The notes under the pieces: generated by a model
What the model was told of the DNA's origin: nothing
The model's input: only the letters and a program-made list of their open reading frames with translations
The model's database searches: none
Shown here: positions 44,522 to 55,787 of the stretch, in pieces
Layout: every line of letters begins with the position of its first letter
How positions within the stretch are numbered: the first letter of the stretch is position 1
Assembly: GCA_025558095.1 (NCBI GenBank)
Contig: JAIVFI010000036.1
Coordinates: 434,001-498,000 of the forward strand
DNA length: 64,000 nucleotides
From: Hyaloraphidium curvatum SAG 235-1
Taxonomy: Eukaryota > Fungi > Monoblepharomycota
Direction: 5' to 3'
Translations under genes and position numbers: made by a program

Positions 44522-46537
44522 ATGCGTTTCACGGTCGTGACGTTCGGCACGGAGGGCGACACGCGGCCGCTCGTCCCGCTGTGCCGCGCCCTGCTCGACC
44601 GCGGCCACTCCCTCGAGCTGTTCGCGGACCGCTCGACGCTGGGCACGGCCGAGGCCGGCGGTGTGCCGGCGCGCGGCCTCGCGGGCGACATCAAAGCCAC
44701 GGTCGGGCCGGGCGGGTTCCTGAGCACAACGACGAGCAAGGGCGCGTCGGACCCAACCGTGATTGCCAGGGCCGTCGCCGAGCTCGCGTCGTCAAACACC
44801 GTGTCGTGGCTACGGGACGTCGCCGAGCACGCGAGGAGCTTCGGTTCGGACGCGATCCTCTTCTCGGGGGTCACGGCGTACGTGGGCCTCGCCGCCGGAG
44901 AAGGCCTCGGGATCCCCTCGATCGGCCTCGGCGCGATCCCCATCTCCCCGACGGGCGACTACACTACCCCCTTCATGCCGCCGTTGGATCTGCCCCGCTG
45001 GGCCGCCAGGCTCACACACACGGGGATCAACGCGCTCCTCTGGGCGCTCTTCCGGGGCAAAATCAACGAGGCCCGCACGGAGGTCTTTGGCCTCCCGCCG
45101 CGCTCGTCCAGCTACTGGGACTACCCGATCCTCTGCGGGATCTCGCGGCACCTGATTGCCCAGCCGGCCGACTGGCCCGCCGGCCACCTCATCTGCGGGA
45201 TGTGGCGGGAGCCGCAGCAGGCCGACTTCCAGCCTCCGAAGGACCTCGCCGACTTTCTCGCCGCCGGCGAGCCTCCCATCTACGTCGGCTTCGGGTCCAT
45301 GGGCGGGTTCAACACGGACAAGTTGCTCGCGGCGGTCGTGGAGGCCGTCGACGGCCGCCGCGCGCTCTTCTACCCGGGCTGGAGCGGCATCGGCGCCGAC
45401 CGCCTCCCTCCCAACTTCTTCGTCCTCGAAAGCACCCCCCACTCATGGCTGTTTCCCCGCTGTTCGGTGATTGTGCACCATGGCGGCGCCGGCACCTCGC
45501 ACACCGCGGCCGCTGCCGGGGTGCCGAGCGTCGTAGTGCCTTTCGCGGGCGACCAGCCCTTCTGGGCCGACCGACTCAGAAGGGCGGGGGTGGCGCCGCC
45601 GGGAGTGCCGCACGACAAGCTGGACGGGGCGAAGCTGAAGGAGATGATCGATTGGGCGCTGAGGCCGGCGACGAGAGCCCGGGCCAAGGAGCTGGGGGAG
45701 GCGATGGCGTCAGAGGACGGCGTCGCGTTTGCGGTGGACCAGATCGAGAAGCTTGTCGCGACGGAGCGGCACAAGATCGCGGAGGCCAAGCTGCTCCGAG
45801 ACCGCGAGGAGGAGGCCCGTGCGCAGAGGGCGGCGAGGCCATTTCTTCCTTTCTACGCCTTGACGACGGGCCTGTCGCTGCCCGTCTGGCTCGCGGCTTC
45901 ACGGTACCCCGGCGCGACCCTCATGCCCGGCCTTCCGGTTTCGGCCCTCATGGCCTTTCTCCCGACCGTCGCCGCCGCGATGATCGAGCCTCACGGAGCC
46001 CACGGGCTTCTTTCCCGCTCGCTGGACCTCCCGCGGGCCGTGGCGCACCCCGGCTGGCTCGCAGCAGCCCTCGTGATCCCCCCCGCGATCCACCTATCTT
46101 CCCGCCGCATCCTCGCTCTCCTCGATGTCCCCGTTCCGCCCATCACCGCCTCCCTGTCGACCGTCGCAGCCCTGTCGCTCGCCTTCCTCCCCCCGGCCCT
46201 CGGCGAGGAGCTCGGATTCCTGGGCTACGCCGGCGACCCGCACCTCGCCCGCCACGGGCGCGACGGATGGCTCCTCCAGGGCCTCTTTTGGGCCGCGTGG
46301 CACGTGGCCCCCCTGATGCAGGCCGGCAGGCCTTGGACGTGGATCGCAGCCCACGCCGGGTGCTCGGTGGCGTTCCGCGCGGTCCTGGGGAGGATTTTCG
46401 AGGGGACGGACAGCGTGGCGGCGGCGGCGCTGTGCCATGCGGGGTGGAACGTGGCGTGGCAGGCGGTGCCGGGGTTCGAGCCGGGGTTGGCGGGGGCGCT
46501 GACCGCGCTGGTGGCGGGGCTCATGTGGCGGAGCTGA
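44522..46537 (+). CDS. GT1/sterol-glucosyltransferase-like glycosyltransferase fused to a CPBP (CAAX protease/Abi) membrane domain
   Basis: TFGTEGDTRP, PIYVGFGSM, PHSWLFP, VHHGGAGT, PFAGDQPFW; then GEELGFLGY, GLFWAAWH, HAGWN in the same ORF. Confidence 0.82.
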   Translation: MRFTVVTFGTEGDTRPLVPLCRALLDRGHSLELFADRSTLGTAEAGGVPARGLAGDIKATVGPGGFLSTTTSKGASDPTVIARAVAELASSNTVSWLRDVAEHARSFGSDAILFSGVTAYVGLAAGEGLGIPSIGLGAIPISPTGDYTTPFMPPLDLPRWAARLTHTGINALLWALFRGKINEARTEVFGLPPRSSSYWDYPILCGISRHLIAQPADWPAGHLICGMWREPQQADFQPPKDLADFLAAGEPPIYVGFGSMGGFNTDKLLAAVVEAVDGRRALFYPGWSGIGADRLPPNFFVLESTPHSWLFPRCSVIVHHGGAGTSHTAAAAGVPSVVVPFAGDQPFWADRLRRAGVAPPGVPHDKLDGAKLKEMIDWALRPATRARAKELGEAMASEDGVAFAVDQIEKLVATERHKIAEAKLLRDREEEARAQRAARPFLPFYALTTGLSLPVWLAASRYPGATLMPGLPVSALMAFLPTVAAAMIEPHGAHGLLSRSLDLPRAVAHPGWLAAALVIPPAIHLSSRRILALLDVPVPPITASLSTVAALSLAFLPPALGEELGFLGYAGDPHLARHGRDGWLLQGLFWAAWHVAPLMQAGRPWTWIAAHAGCSVAFRAVLGRIFEGTDSVAAAALCHAGWNVAWQAVPGFEPGLAGALTALVAGLMWRS

Positions 46538-47063
46538 GGTGCGCTGGTGGGCATTCCGGCCATCGTGATCGAGAGGCGATTCGGGCTTGGGCTTCGGCAT
46601 CAGGGCACCGGATGCTGTGAGGACAATCGCGGGAAAGATCCGCCGTGGTGGAGGAGTCGAGGTGGGCAGTCTTTTCCTTGCTCGAGCGATGCAGCATCAA
46701 TACAGCTGAACGTCGTAGGGAAATCTCCTAAGTCTTATCGTACGTCAGATCAAAAGATCGACTATGGAGCTGCGGACCGGCTCGCGATATTTGTTCCGGT
46801 TCGGAGAATCTCGGGCGGCTTTCGTGCGGCAGCCTCGGACCTTCGGCCGCAGTCACAAAACACCCCCGGCCTGCGGAGCACACATGGTGCTCGGGCAAAC
46901 GGATTGATTCCGTACTCTACATCCATCGATCCTCGCAAGACTGCTGCCTCGTCTTCGACGGGTTGGCCTTGCGGTGCCGGTGCGGCGGTGTGGCGGAGCA
47001 AACGGCCGGTGCGGTGCACTGCGGAAGGTTTTCTTGCGGCCCACTGCGCCGTCTTCCGAGCCG

Positions 47064-49852
47064 ATGCCTTCCCGCGGGCCACGGATCCCGGGAGCGGGCC
47101 TCCTGGCCGCGCTGCTGCTGGCATGCTTGGCCCTTTTGCGCCTCGCGGACGCGTGGCCGACGGGGTTGCCCTCGTCAATCATCGCGGAACGCGTCGCGGC
47201 CGTCGGCGACTTCGTCTCGGACTTTCTCTTCCTCGACGACTCGCGCCTCATCATCGTCGAGAAGCGCGGGCGGCTCGTGCTCTTCCGGGGCGGCGCGCAG
47301 GCCGGCGTGCTGCTGGACCTCACGGGGCGCGTCGCCCCGGCGGCAGGCGGTGCGTGCGCCGCTCCGTCCCTTCCGGCGCCCCCTAATCCCCGCAGATCGA
47401 GGCGTAATGTGCATCGCAATGGATCCCGGTTTCTACAGGGGCCGTCCGTACGTGTACGTCGGCTACACCGTCGACCCGAATCGGAACGGAGGTGGGCCTG
47501 CCGTCCCTCACGTGCTTCGGCGTGCGCCAATCCCGCCTCCAGCGATGAACTACAACATGCTCGCGAGGTTCACTTACCGCAATGATGCGCTGGTGGACGA
47601 GAGGCTGCTCATGGGCGGGGGGTGCAGGCTGGACGGAAGCTGGCAGCAAGGCGACAACTGTTCGGTGCGAGCTCCTTCGCTTCCTGATTTTCTCGCAGCA
47701 ATGACCTTACTTACGCGCCCTCCGTACGTGCAGCCCATGCCCGGCACGACCCACTCGATCGGCACCATCTGGTTCCCCGGCGACGGAGCCATGTGGGTCT
47801 CGGTCGGCGAGGGCAACATTCACGACGGTGCATTCTGGTACGACACGTACGGACAGGGCCGCGTGGGCGAGGCGCTCGCGGTAAGTCTCCTATGATGCCC
47901 AATCCGCAGGAGCTCACCCCTGCCCCCTTTGCCACAGATGGATCCCAACTTTCTCGGCGGCAAGATCCTCCGCCTCAATCCCGACAACGGCGCTGGCCTA
48001 TCGAGCAACCCCTTCTACAACGGCAACGTGTGGAGCGCCAGGAGCAAGGTGTGGGCCGTCGGCCTGCGCAACCCGTTCCGGTGCGCGGGCGGGCCGGGCG
48101 CCGTCTACTGCGGCGACGTCGGCTGGTATACATGGGAATCGTTCAAAGTCATCTACAGGGGGCAGAACATGGGATGGCCTTGGTGAGGTGCACGGTGCTG
48201 TCGGAGAGCCTCTTGCTGACGGGCTCGCGGTTCAGCTGGGAGGGCAACAACATCCCGCCCGGGCAGAACCCCGGCACTCCCATCTGCCAGCGCATCTACG
48301 GCGGCGACAACCCGTACCCCGGGATCCCCGGATCGCGGGGCGTCCTCTTCCAATGGAACCACAACGGCGCATCCTCGGCGGCCATCGGCGGCGTGCAGAT
48401 ACCCTCGTACTACCCCGGCGTCGGCGGCCGCTGGATCGTCGCGGACTACACGTCTGGCCAGGTCTGGGCGCTCACCCCCTCGGGCTCGGCCGTGACCTTC
48501 TTCAGGAATGCCGACAACCCGGTCGGCTTCCGCGTTGGACCGGACGGCTGGCTCTACTACATCAACAACTCGGGTGGCACCCTCGTACGCTTCCGCATCC
48601 GCGGCTTCACGCCCCCTCCGAATCCCACCATTCCCCGGGGCACCACCGCGCGCCCTGTGCGAACCACCAGCAAACGCCCTCCGGACCCGCTGTGCGCGCC
48701 GACCGGGGCGGCACGGATCGTCGTGCCCACCTGCGCGGTCGCCGCTGGGCAGCAGCCCATCGGCGACGTCACGTTCCTCTCCAGGGAGGGCTGGCCGAGG
48801 AGCAGGCTGCGGTTTGCGAGGAACGGAAACTGGGGTCCAGTGGGGCTGGATGCTTCGGTGGGGAGGAGGGGCCAGCCGCAGACGGGGAGGACGCTGAACG
48901 TGAACAACCGGTGGTTCATCACCGGTTGGGGAACGCACTCGATCAGGTGGGTTCTGCTGAGCCGGAAGCCGACGTGCCTGATATCCTTGTCCAGCCAAAT
49001 CATCGTCTCGCTCAACCGGTGCTGCTTCCGAATCACCGGCTTCGTCGGCGTCGACGAGGAGGTCCGCCGCTTCTACCCGCAGTGGAACCTCCAGCTCACG
49101 AACGTGACGCACACCAACGTCGAGGGCTCCTGGACAGTGCGCATCCTCGATACCAACCGTCTGGTCTGGAACTCGACCACGGCGCGCCGCATGCGCCTTG
49201 GGCAGAACCCCATGCCCTTCGACATCCGCAACCTGCAGCGCTACAACCGCGTGCAGTTGGACGCCGCCGTTCCCCCCGCCCTGGATCCCCGCCGAGCAGA
49301 TGTCTGGACCCCCGCGCACCTCAACTGGGCCGAGGTCAAGGCCTACTGCGGCCCGCGCGCGCCCTACGCCCCGATCATCACCATGACCTCCCCGCCCGAG
49401 GGTTTCGCGGCCCAGCCCAACTCGATGGTGCGGTTCTCGGCCCGCGCGACCTACTGGGACCGCCGAACTCCGGTGCCGGCGTCCATGTTCCGCTGGGACA
49501 TCAACCTGGTGCACTGCCAGGGGTTCCTGTGCCACCAGCACAACCCGTTCCAGTTCCAGGGGGTGCTTGCTGGTGCTTTTAACGCGACAGCGCACGATGA
49601 CACCGATCAGCAGTGTGAGTTTGGCGGGCAGGGCGGGCGTTGCCCGGCAGGCTTCGCGCTGGGATGGGACACCCATGAGGGACTCGGCCCCGCCTGACGC
49701 GCAACCTACTGGCCTGGCGATGGACAATGCTGACCGACTTCTCCCCTGCAGACTACTATTATTCGGTGCAGCTAACCGTCCGCGACCGCTGCGGCAACTC
49801 CGACATCGTTCGGCGTTCGGTCAGCATGGTTGGATTCCAAGCGATGCCCTAG
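47064..49852 (+). CDS. Secreted PQQ-dependent glucose/sorbosone dehydrogenase-like protein with NPCBM-like and C-terminal beta domains (multi-exon)
   Basis: Signal peptide; THSIGTI, MWVSVGEG, GKILRLNPDNG, WAVGLRNPFR, GDVGW, NMGWP, GPDGWLYY; NPCBM-like WGPVGLD..GWGTHS..GFVGVDEE; CHQH. Confidence 0.82.
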
Positions 49853-50019
49853 ACAAAAACAGCAAGCAACCGCGGATATCTATATTGAACGAAAGGCAGA
49901 TTGTACCATACCACTGAAGACCATAGAATATGATTGGCGTCGCTGGGCAATGGAGTGGATAGTTGGATGGGCTCGAGATTCGGATCGAGCGGCGAGCGAC
50001 GAGCGACGAGCTTCCAAAC

Positions 50020-50742
50020 ATGGATGACCTCTGGGCGAAACTGGACCGTCTAGTCGTGCTGCGCCTCCGCGATCTCCCTCCGGACGTGTTAGACGATGCA
50101 CCGGATCCCGATCCCGACGATGCCGATGGCGACGACGTGTCCGGTGCCCCTGAGCCCCGGGAACGCGCCGTCCCCCTCTCCTGCGCTCGTGCGCTTCTCC
50201 ACGCCCACCCGTCGGCCGTTCCCTCCCTGTTTGCCGACCGTGGCATGGCAAAGGACGACTTCGCAGCCGCGGTGTGGTTCCGCTGCCCTCACGCTGGCTG
50301 CGGTGGCGCGGTCCTGTTCAAGGTCAAGGGAACGGGGTACCCCGCGCGGAAGGAGAACTTCGGGAGGTGCCGCAGGTGCGCCAAGGCGCCGCTCATGGAG
50401 CTGCGCAAGGACGCACCAGCGACGGCGACGCGGTTCGTCGAGCGGACGACGGGGAAGCCGCTGGACCTCGTCTTCTCCGCTGCCGTGGACGGCAACCAGC
50501 TGTTCGCCTACAATGCGGCGCACGTCGAGTACCTGTACTTCCACGTGGCGGCCGAGTTGCGCGTGCGACCCGTTTCGGAATCGTGCGCGCACTCCGGCAG
50601 AGAAGGGGGGCTGGACGCTAGGAGCTGCACGGCGTGCGGGCAGGCGGCGCGCATGCCGGGGTTCCTACGGAATACCAGGCTGAGGAAGAAGCTGCTCGGG
50701 ATACTCGAAGAGTGGAGGGAGCAGGGAGAGTCTCTGACGTGA
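50020..50742 (+). CDS. Hypothetical Cys-motif protein resembling a bacterial uncharacterised family, intronless
   Basis: CPHAGC..CRRC, LFAYNAAHVEYL..VAAELRVR..ARMPGFLR; family resemblance recalled, not searched. Confidence 0.6.
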   Translation: MDDLWAKLDRLVVLRLRDLPPDVLDDAPDPDPDDADGDDVSGAPEPRERAVPLSCARALLHAHPSAVPSLFADRGMAKDDFAAAVWFRCPHAGCGGAVLFKVKGTGYPARKENFGRCRRCAKAPLMELRKDAPATATRFVERTTGKPLDLVFSAAVDGNQLFAYNAAHVEYLYFHVAAELRVRPVSESCAHSGREGGLDARSCTACGQAARMPGFLRNTRLRKKLLGILEEWREQGESLT

Positions 50743-50800
50743 CAGACCGCTCTCTTTTTCACTACATACAACGAGAATCACAGACTTGACCTGCCCGACT

Positions 50801-52375
50801 CTAGACGTACTGGTCGCCCTCCCTCTTCTGCCCCTTTGCGTAGACCCCGACCGTCTGCCACATCTCCCGCATGATCAGGTTGGCCTGGTGCGGGTCGTTC
50901 CCGATCTTGTGGCGCATGTTGACAAAGTCGACGATGGGCCACTCCATCGAGGTGTTGGAGATGTCCTGAACCCACGTGGACTGCGAGAACAGGTCAGCGG
51001 GCGGCAAAGAAGGGAAAAGGGAAGGAGGCTTACGTCCGTGGACATGTAGTGGCCGGTGAGCGACTTGCGGAACTTCTGGGTCCGGTTCTTGCCGCTGCCG
51101 TGGATCTGCGGCCGCAGAACTTAGCTGCGCCCATCTTCCGTCCCATCGGCATAGCCCACCATGAAAGGGTGGAAGAAGACGGTGTCCCCGGGCTGCAGCT
51201 CGGCGTACACCAGCGGCAGGTTCTCGGGCGAGATCCCCACGACGCCGTGGAACCCGGCGTTCTTGTCCTCCCACGGCGGCACGTCGTGCCGCAGCAGGCC
51301 CAGCTTGTGGGTGCCGGGGATGAAGGACAGGCACCCGTTCTCGCGGGTGGCGGGGTTGATGGCGGTCCAGACGCCGATGGTCGGGCCGAAGACGGGGAAG
51401 TAGATGAGGTCCTGGTGGAGGGGGTGGCGGCCGGTGACGCCGGCATCCGGAGGTTCTGCGGGACGAAGTGAGCTGGGGTGTCGGATCGACCCCAGGAAAG
51501 ACTCACTGTTGATGACCATCATGTCGATGGTCTTTAGGCCGTAGCCGCAAAAGGCGCTGGCGATCTCGGTCATCCTAGGGTCGTAAATGTACTTCTTCAG
51601 CACGTCGTCCGTGTGGATGAAGTTGAACTGAGCCAAGCAGATCGAGTCAGGGTGGGAGAGGACCAGTCCAGTCAGTGCCCCGAAGGAGACCCAGCCAACC
51701 CAGTCAAGTCAGTGTGCGGAAGGAGACCAGTCTCGTCAGTGCACGGAAAGAGATTGGCGGCGGGCCGCGCACCTTATAGACGATGTTCTGGCTCTTCTCC
51801 ATCCACTTCGGCAGCTCGCCCGACTTGATCCGCTTGATGATCGAGACGTCGCGCACGACCACCATGTCCGGCGGCACGGGCCGGCGGCCCTCGCAGATGT
51901 CGGCGAACCGCTGCTCGCACTCCTGCAGGAACGGCACGTCGAGGTGGTTCCGGCGGATGAGGTAGCCTGGTCGGCGGCGGAAGTTCCAGTGCCCTGCGGA
52001 CGGCCCCTGCCGGCTTTGCCCACCGTTGGCGTCGTAGAAATCCCGCTCCTCGACGGTGAGCACGCCGGCCGACTGCTCGTCGTCGCTGTAGCGCCATTTG
52101 CCGGTGCCGTGCACCTTGGGGTCGTACAGCGTCATCGACTCCCTCGGCCGCTCCCACGGCGGGCGCCCGAACGCCGCGTTGAACGCTTCGACGTCCTTGC
52201 GGATGGCGGTGTACCGCTCGCGGTCCCATTCGGGCACGCCGCGGCCGATGAACTCGTCGACACTGTGGACGAGCTCGCGGGTCGGCGCCGCAGCCAGCGG
52301 TCCCGCCGGTCCCGCGGCGCACGGCGCGTCGAGCTGAGAGGCGAGCTGCCCCAGGCGGCGGGTCGCGGAGGCCAT
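50801..52375 (-). CDS. PHYH: Phytanoyl-CoA dioxygenase (PhyH) family, multi-exon, PTS2-like N-terminus
   Basis: RHPLHQDLIYFP, WTAINPATRENGCLSFIPGTHK, QPGDTVFFHP; N-terminal RLGQLASQL. Confidence 0.87.
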
Positions 52376-52567
52376 CTCGAGGTGGCGCCGCTGGTTGTGA
52401 CGCAGAGGTTTCCGCTGGCGGTGGCAAGGGCACCCGCCGACTCGGGGGCAAAGAGCAACCTGGGCCGTCTCCCAGGCCGATCCGCCACCGATTACCCGCT
52501 TTCCGACGCTGACATCATCGAAAGCAAATAGGTTCTAGTCATTGGGAGACCCTCTGCCGCTTCCAGG

Positions 52568-53922
52568 CTACAGCTTGGTCTGCCCGACCCCTGAATCCTC
52601 AACATCGCTCGCCTTGACCACCACCTTCCCCCAGGTCTTGCCCGATCCCAGAGCGATCATCCCGTCCTTCGCGCTCGCCAGTCCCACAAAGGGCGTGGTC
52701 TGCTTCATCCGATCCGCTGCCGGGCCGGCGGGGTTGTACACGGGCGGGACGAAGCCGCCCTTTTCCAAAAGCCGCAGGGCGCCCGGGATGTGCCCGCGGG
52801 TCGTCGCCGGCTCGTCGGTCCAGTACGAGCCCCTGGCGGCGAATGCTGATTAGCGAGAGGCCGGATCTGGCGGCTATCAGGGGTTCCTACCAAGCGATGC
52901 CCATGACCTCGATGTTCTTCAGCAACAACCGGTTCATCGGCAGGCTGGGCAGCGGCGGCAGCGCGGCGCCCTGGTTCCGGTCCAGCCCGGGCACCGCGCC
53001 CCGGCCAGCAAAGCCGATGACGATCAGCCTGCCGTTCCGCGCGATGCACTTGAGCGACTTTGCCGGGTCGCCCACGGGGTCGATAATGACTGCCACAAGC
53101 GTCAGGGGAAGGCAATACCGACCGCAAATCGACCCACCGTCTGCGCCTGGCCATGCCTTGCCCATCTTCTTGGTGATGGCGAGCACCGTCTTGTCCCATT
53201 CCGTGTCCTCGATGTAGTTGATCAAATGGTCCGCCTTCCCCTCTGTCCGGCACACCTCCAGCTTCTCCCTGCTGCTCGCCACGGCAATCACCGTCGCCCC
53301 CAGCACCTTCCCCATCTGGCACGCGGCGATGCCCACCCCGCCCGCGGCCGCCAGCACCAGCAGCACCTCGCCCTTTTTGATCCGCGCCTTTTCGACCAAC
53401 GCGCAGTACGTCGTCGCGTAGCACGCCGGGATCGCGGGGGCCGCGATCATCGGGAGCCAGTCCGGGAGGGGGAAGACCTGCTCGATGGGCGGGTCGGGGA
53501 AGGAGGGGGAGGACCAGGTCACGGGCACGAGGATCTGCTGCGACCACGTGCCGTGGTCTTCTTCCGGGTCAGCGGCGCGCGGGAACGGCGCGGAGGGACC
53601 TACGGATGGTCGGCATCGAGGAGACATTCTGCAGGATCGAGATGCCGAAGACGCGCTGGCCCGGCCGCCATTTGTCCCGCACCGCGGAGCCGACCTTGAG
53701 CACCACGCCGGAAAAGTCTGTGCCGCCCGCGAAGGGGAGCTTCGGCCGGTTCTGGTAGTTGCCCGTGATTACAAGCAAGTCCGCGAAGCCGATGCCGACG
53801 TAGGCGATGCCGATGAGGAGTTCGTTCGGCGCGGGTTCGGGGGGGACGGGGATGCGGACGACGGAGAGTTCGGAGGGGGAGGAGATGTAGCGGTCTTGGA
53901 GCAGGGATTCCTGGAGCGCCAT
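52568..53922 (-). CDS. Second MDR/NADPH:quinone oxidoreductase, paralogous to 10704-12480
   Basis: GNYQNRPKLPF, YATTYCAL, VLAAAGGVGIAA, IGFAG, GSGKTWGKVVV; ends TKL*. Confidence 0.87.
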
Positions 53923-54245
53923 AGCGGCGGCGAGAATGGAGGAAGGAACGGGCCGATTACCGCGGCGCAGAAGCAAAGGAGGGAGACAGCAAAGGATTGG
54001 TTCGCGGTGGTCGACGTTTCCTTGCAGGTCCGCGTGCGCTGGAACAGCGTTTCCTCGAGGGCCGCGGTCTGGCCGCCTTTTACCGACGAACTGCCCCTGA
54101 GACGCTCTCGACGGGTTGTGGCAGTGAGCAACTGGTTACTCGAGCTCTCTTGGGGGCCCGTTGTAGGAGGACACGAGCTGTGGACATCTCGGGGCCAAAA
54201 AGGACCAGAAAGGCGATAGCCCAGGCGCTTCCGAGGGACCGCAGA

Positions 54246-55713
54246 ATGGCGGACAAGGCCGACGCTGAACCGACGCCGCTGTCCCTCGGACCGAGAGAAT
54301 GGCTGCCGTTTTTTCCTGAGGCACCGCCGCCTGCCCGGGGCCGCGCCGACGATGCTCTCCGTGATCCCGCCCGTGCAGCACGCGAGGCCGACCCGCTGGA
54401 CGTCGATGCCCTGATTGCCGCCCTGGCCCCCGCGCCCTCCCTCGCGGGGGCCGTGCAAATGCAGCGCTCGCTCGCGCCGTACACGTCGTGGTACGGGCTG
54501 CATATGTGGCTCCTTCTGCTCGGCAACCTCCTTCCGCTGGCGCCGGCCTTTGTCTTCAACGACGGCCGCTTCTCCGTGCAGGCCATGGCCGCTGGAGCCG
54601 TTGCCCACGCATTGCTGCGTTTGTATCCCCTCCCGAAGGTGCGCTTCGGCAGGGACCCGGGACTGCTCATGAAAGGATCCCTCGACACGCACCCGATGGC
54701 GGGCCTGGCGCGGTGGTTTCAGCTGCTGCGAGAGGGACCGCCTCCCGCACCCCTTGTTGAGCACGATCCGGAGGACGACGCGTGCCCCTGTCCTTTGCCT
54801 GCCTGCGCGGGACGACTGGCGCTTCGGGCCACCGTCATTCGGGCCGCATATCTCGCAGTGATTGCTCTACTGTTCCTCGCACACGCATTGCTGCTTCTGT
54901 GGACTCCAGCCGTGACTTTGGCGGACCAGACGTGGTCCCACGCCTGGAGTGCAATCCTTATCGCCGTCGCGGGTGCGCTCAACGTCAACATCGCGCTGGT
55001 CGACAACGCCCTCATTTTCTCGCAGGCTTTTTCTCTGATCCAGATTCAGCGGCGCCTGCGAGTTCGGGCCCTTACCCGGGCACTCGATTCTTTTTGTGGA
55101 CGAGTACCGAGCGGTTCTGCTGGACGGTAGCAGGGGCCAGGAAGGGGCCTCCGGCGGAGGGTTGTTGCCCTTCGAGCCCTACCAGGCACTACACAAGGCC
55201 TTGGAGGGTGCCTGGTCTTCGCAGGCCGCGCTCCCGGCACAGGTCCAAATCATCTGAACAGCATCTTCAACATCACGGCCACCGCCATCGTCTTCATGGC
55301 GTCCAGTCGGGATCCTGCTTGCCCGCCTTTTTGCTCGCATGGGCGCTCCTCTTGCTGTTCACCTTTGGCTACGCGCTCGTCAACGCCGCTGCCGTCACTG
55401 CCGAGGTGTTTCTGTCCGCCGCTCGCGCTGCCGACGTCCTCGCCGAAATCCGAGCTCTCGCAGTGCGGGCCTCGCTCCTGCCCCGCACTCCCGCGCGTTC
55501 ATTGGGCCTGGATGCTCTTCGATGATACGAAGGTGTGCTGACGTCGTTCCAGCACACGGAGAAGTACGCAGGCAAGCTGTTCGGGTTCCCCGTGACATTC
55601 GGTGTGCTGAGGACCGCCGCCGCGTCGGTGCTACGCTGCTGCTCGGGCTGTGGAGCGTGCTGAGGGGACTGGGGATTTTTGTTACTCTCGAGATAGTGTG
55701 CCCGGTGCGGTAA
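54246..55713 (+). pseudogene. Multi-pass membrane protein gene with apparent frameshifts
   Basis: Several hydrophobic segments and HDPEDDACPCPLPAC. The protein-like frame switches without splice sites at ~55095, ~55255, ~55305 and ~55630; C-terminus KLFGFPVTFGVLRT..LLLGLWSVLRG..CP. Confidence 0.55.
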
Positions 55714-55787
55714 GCAATCGATCGCATCGATCTCATCGGACGAGCCCGAGCCTTTGATGGGAACCCTAGCATGTCCATCTATTCCAT

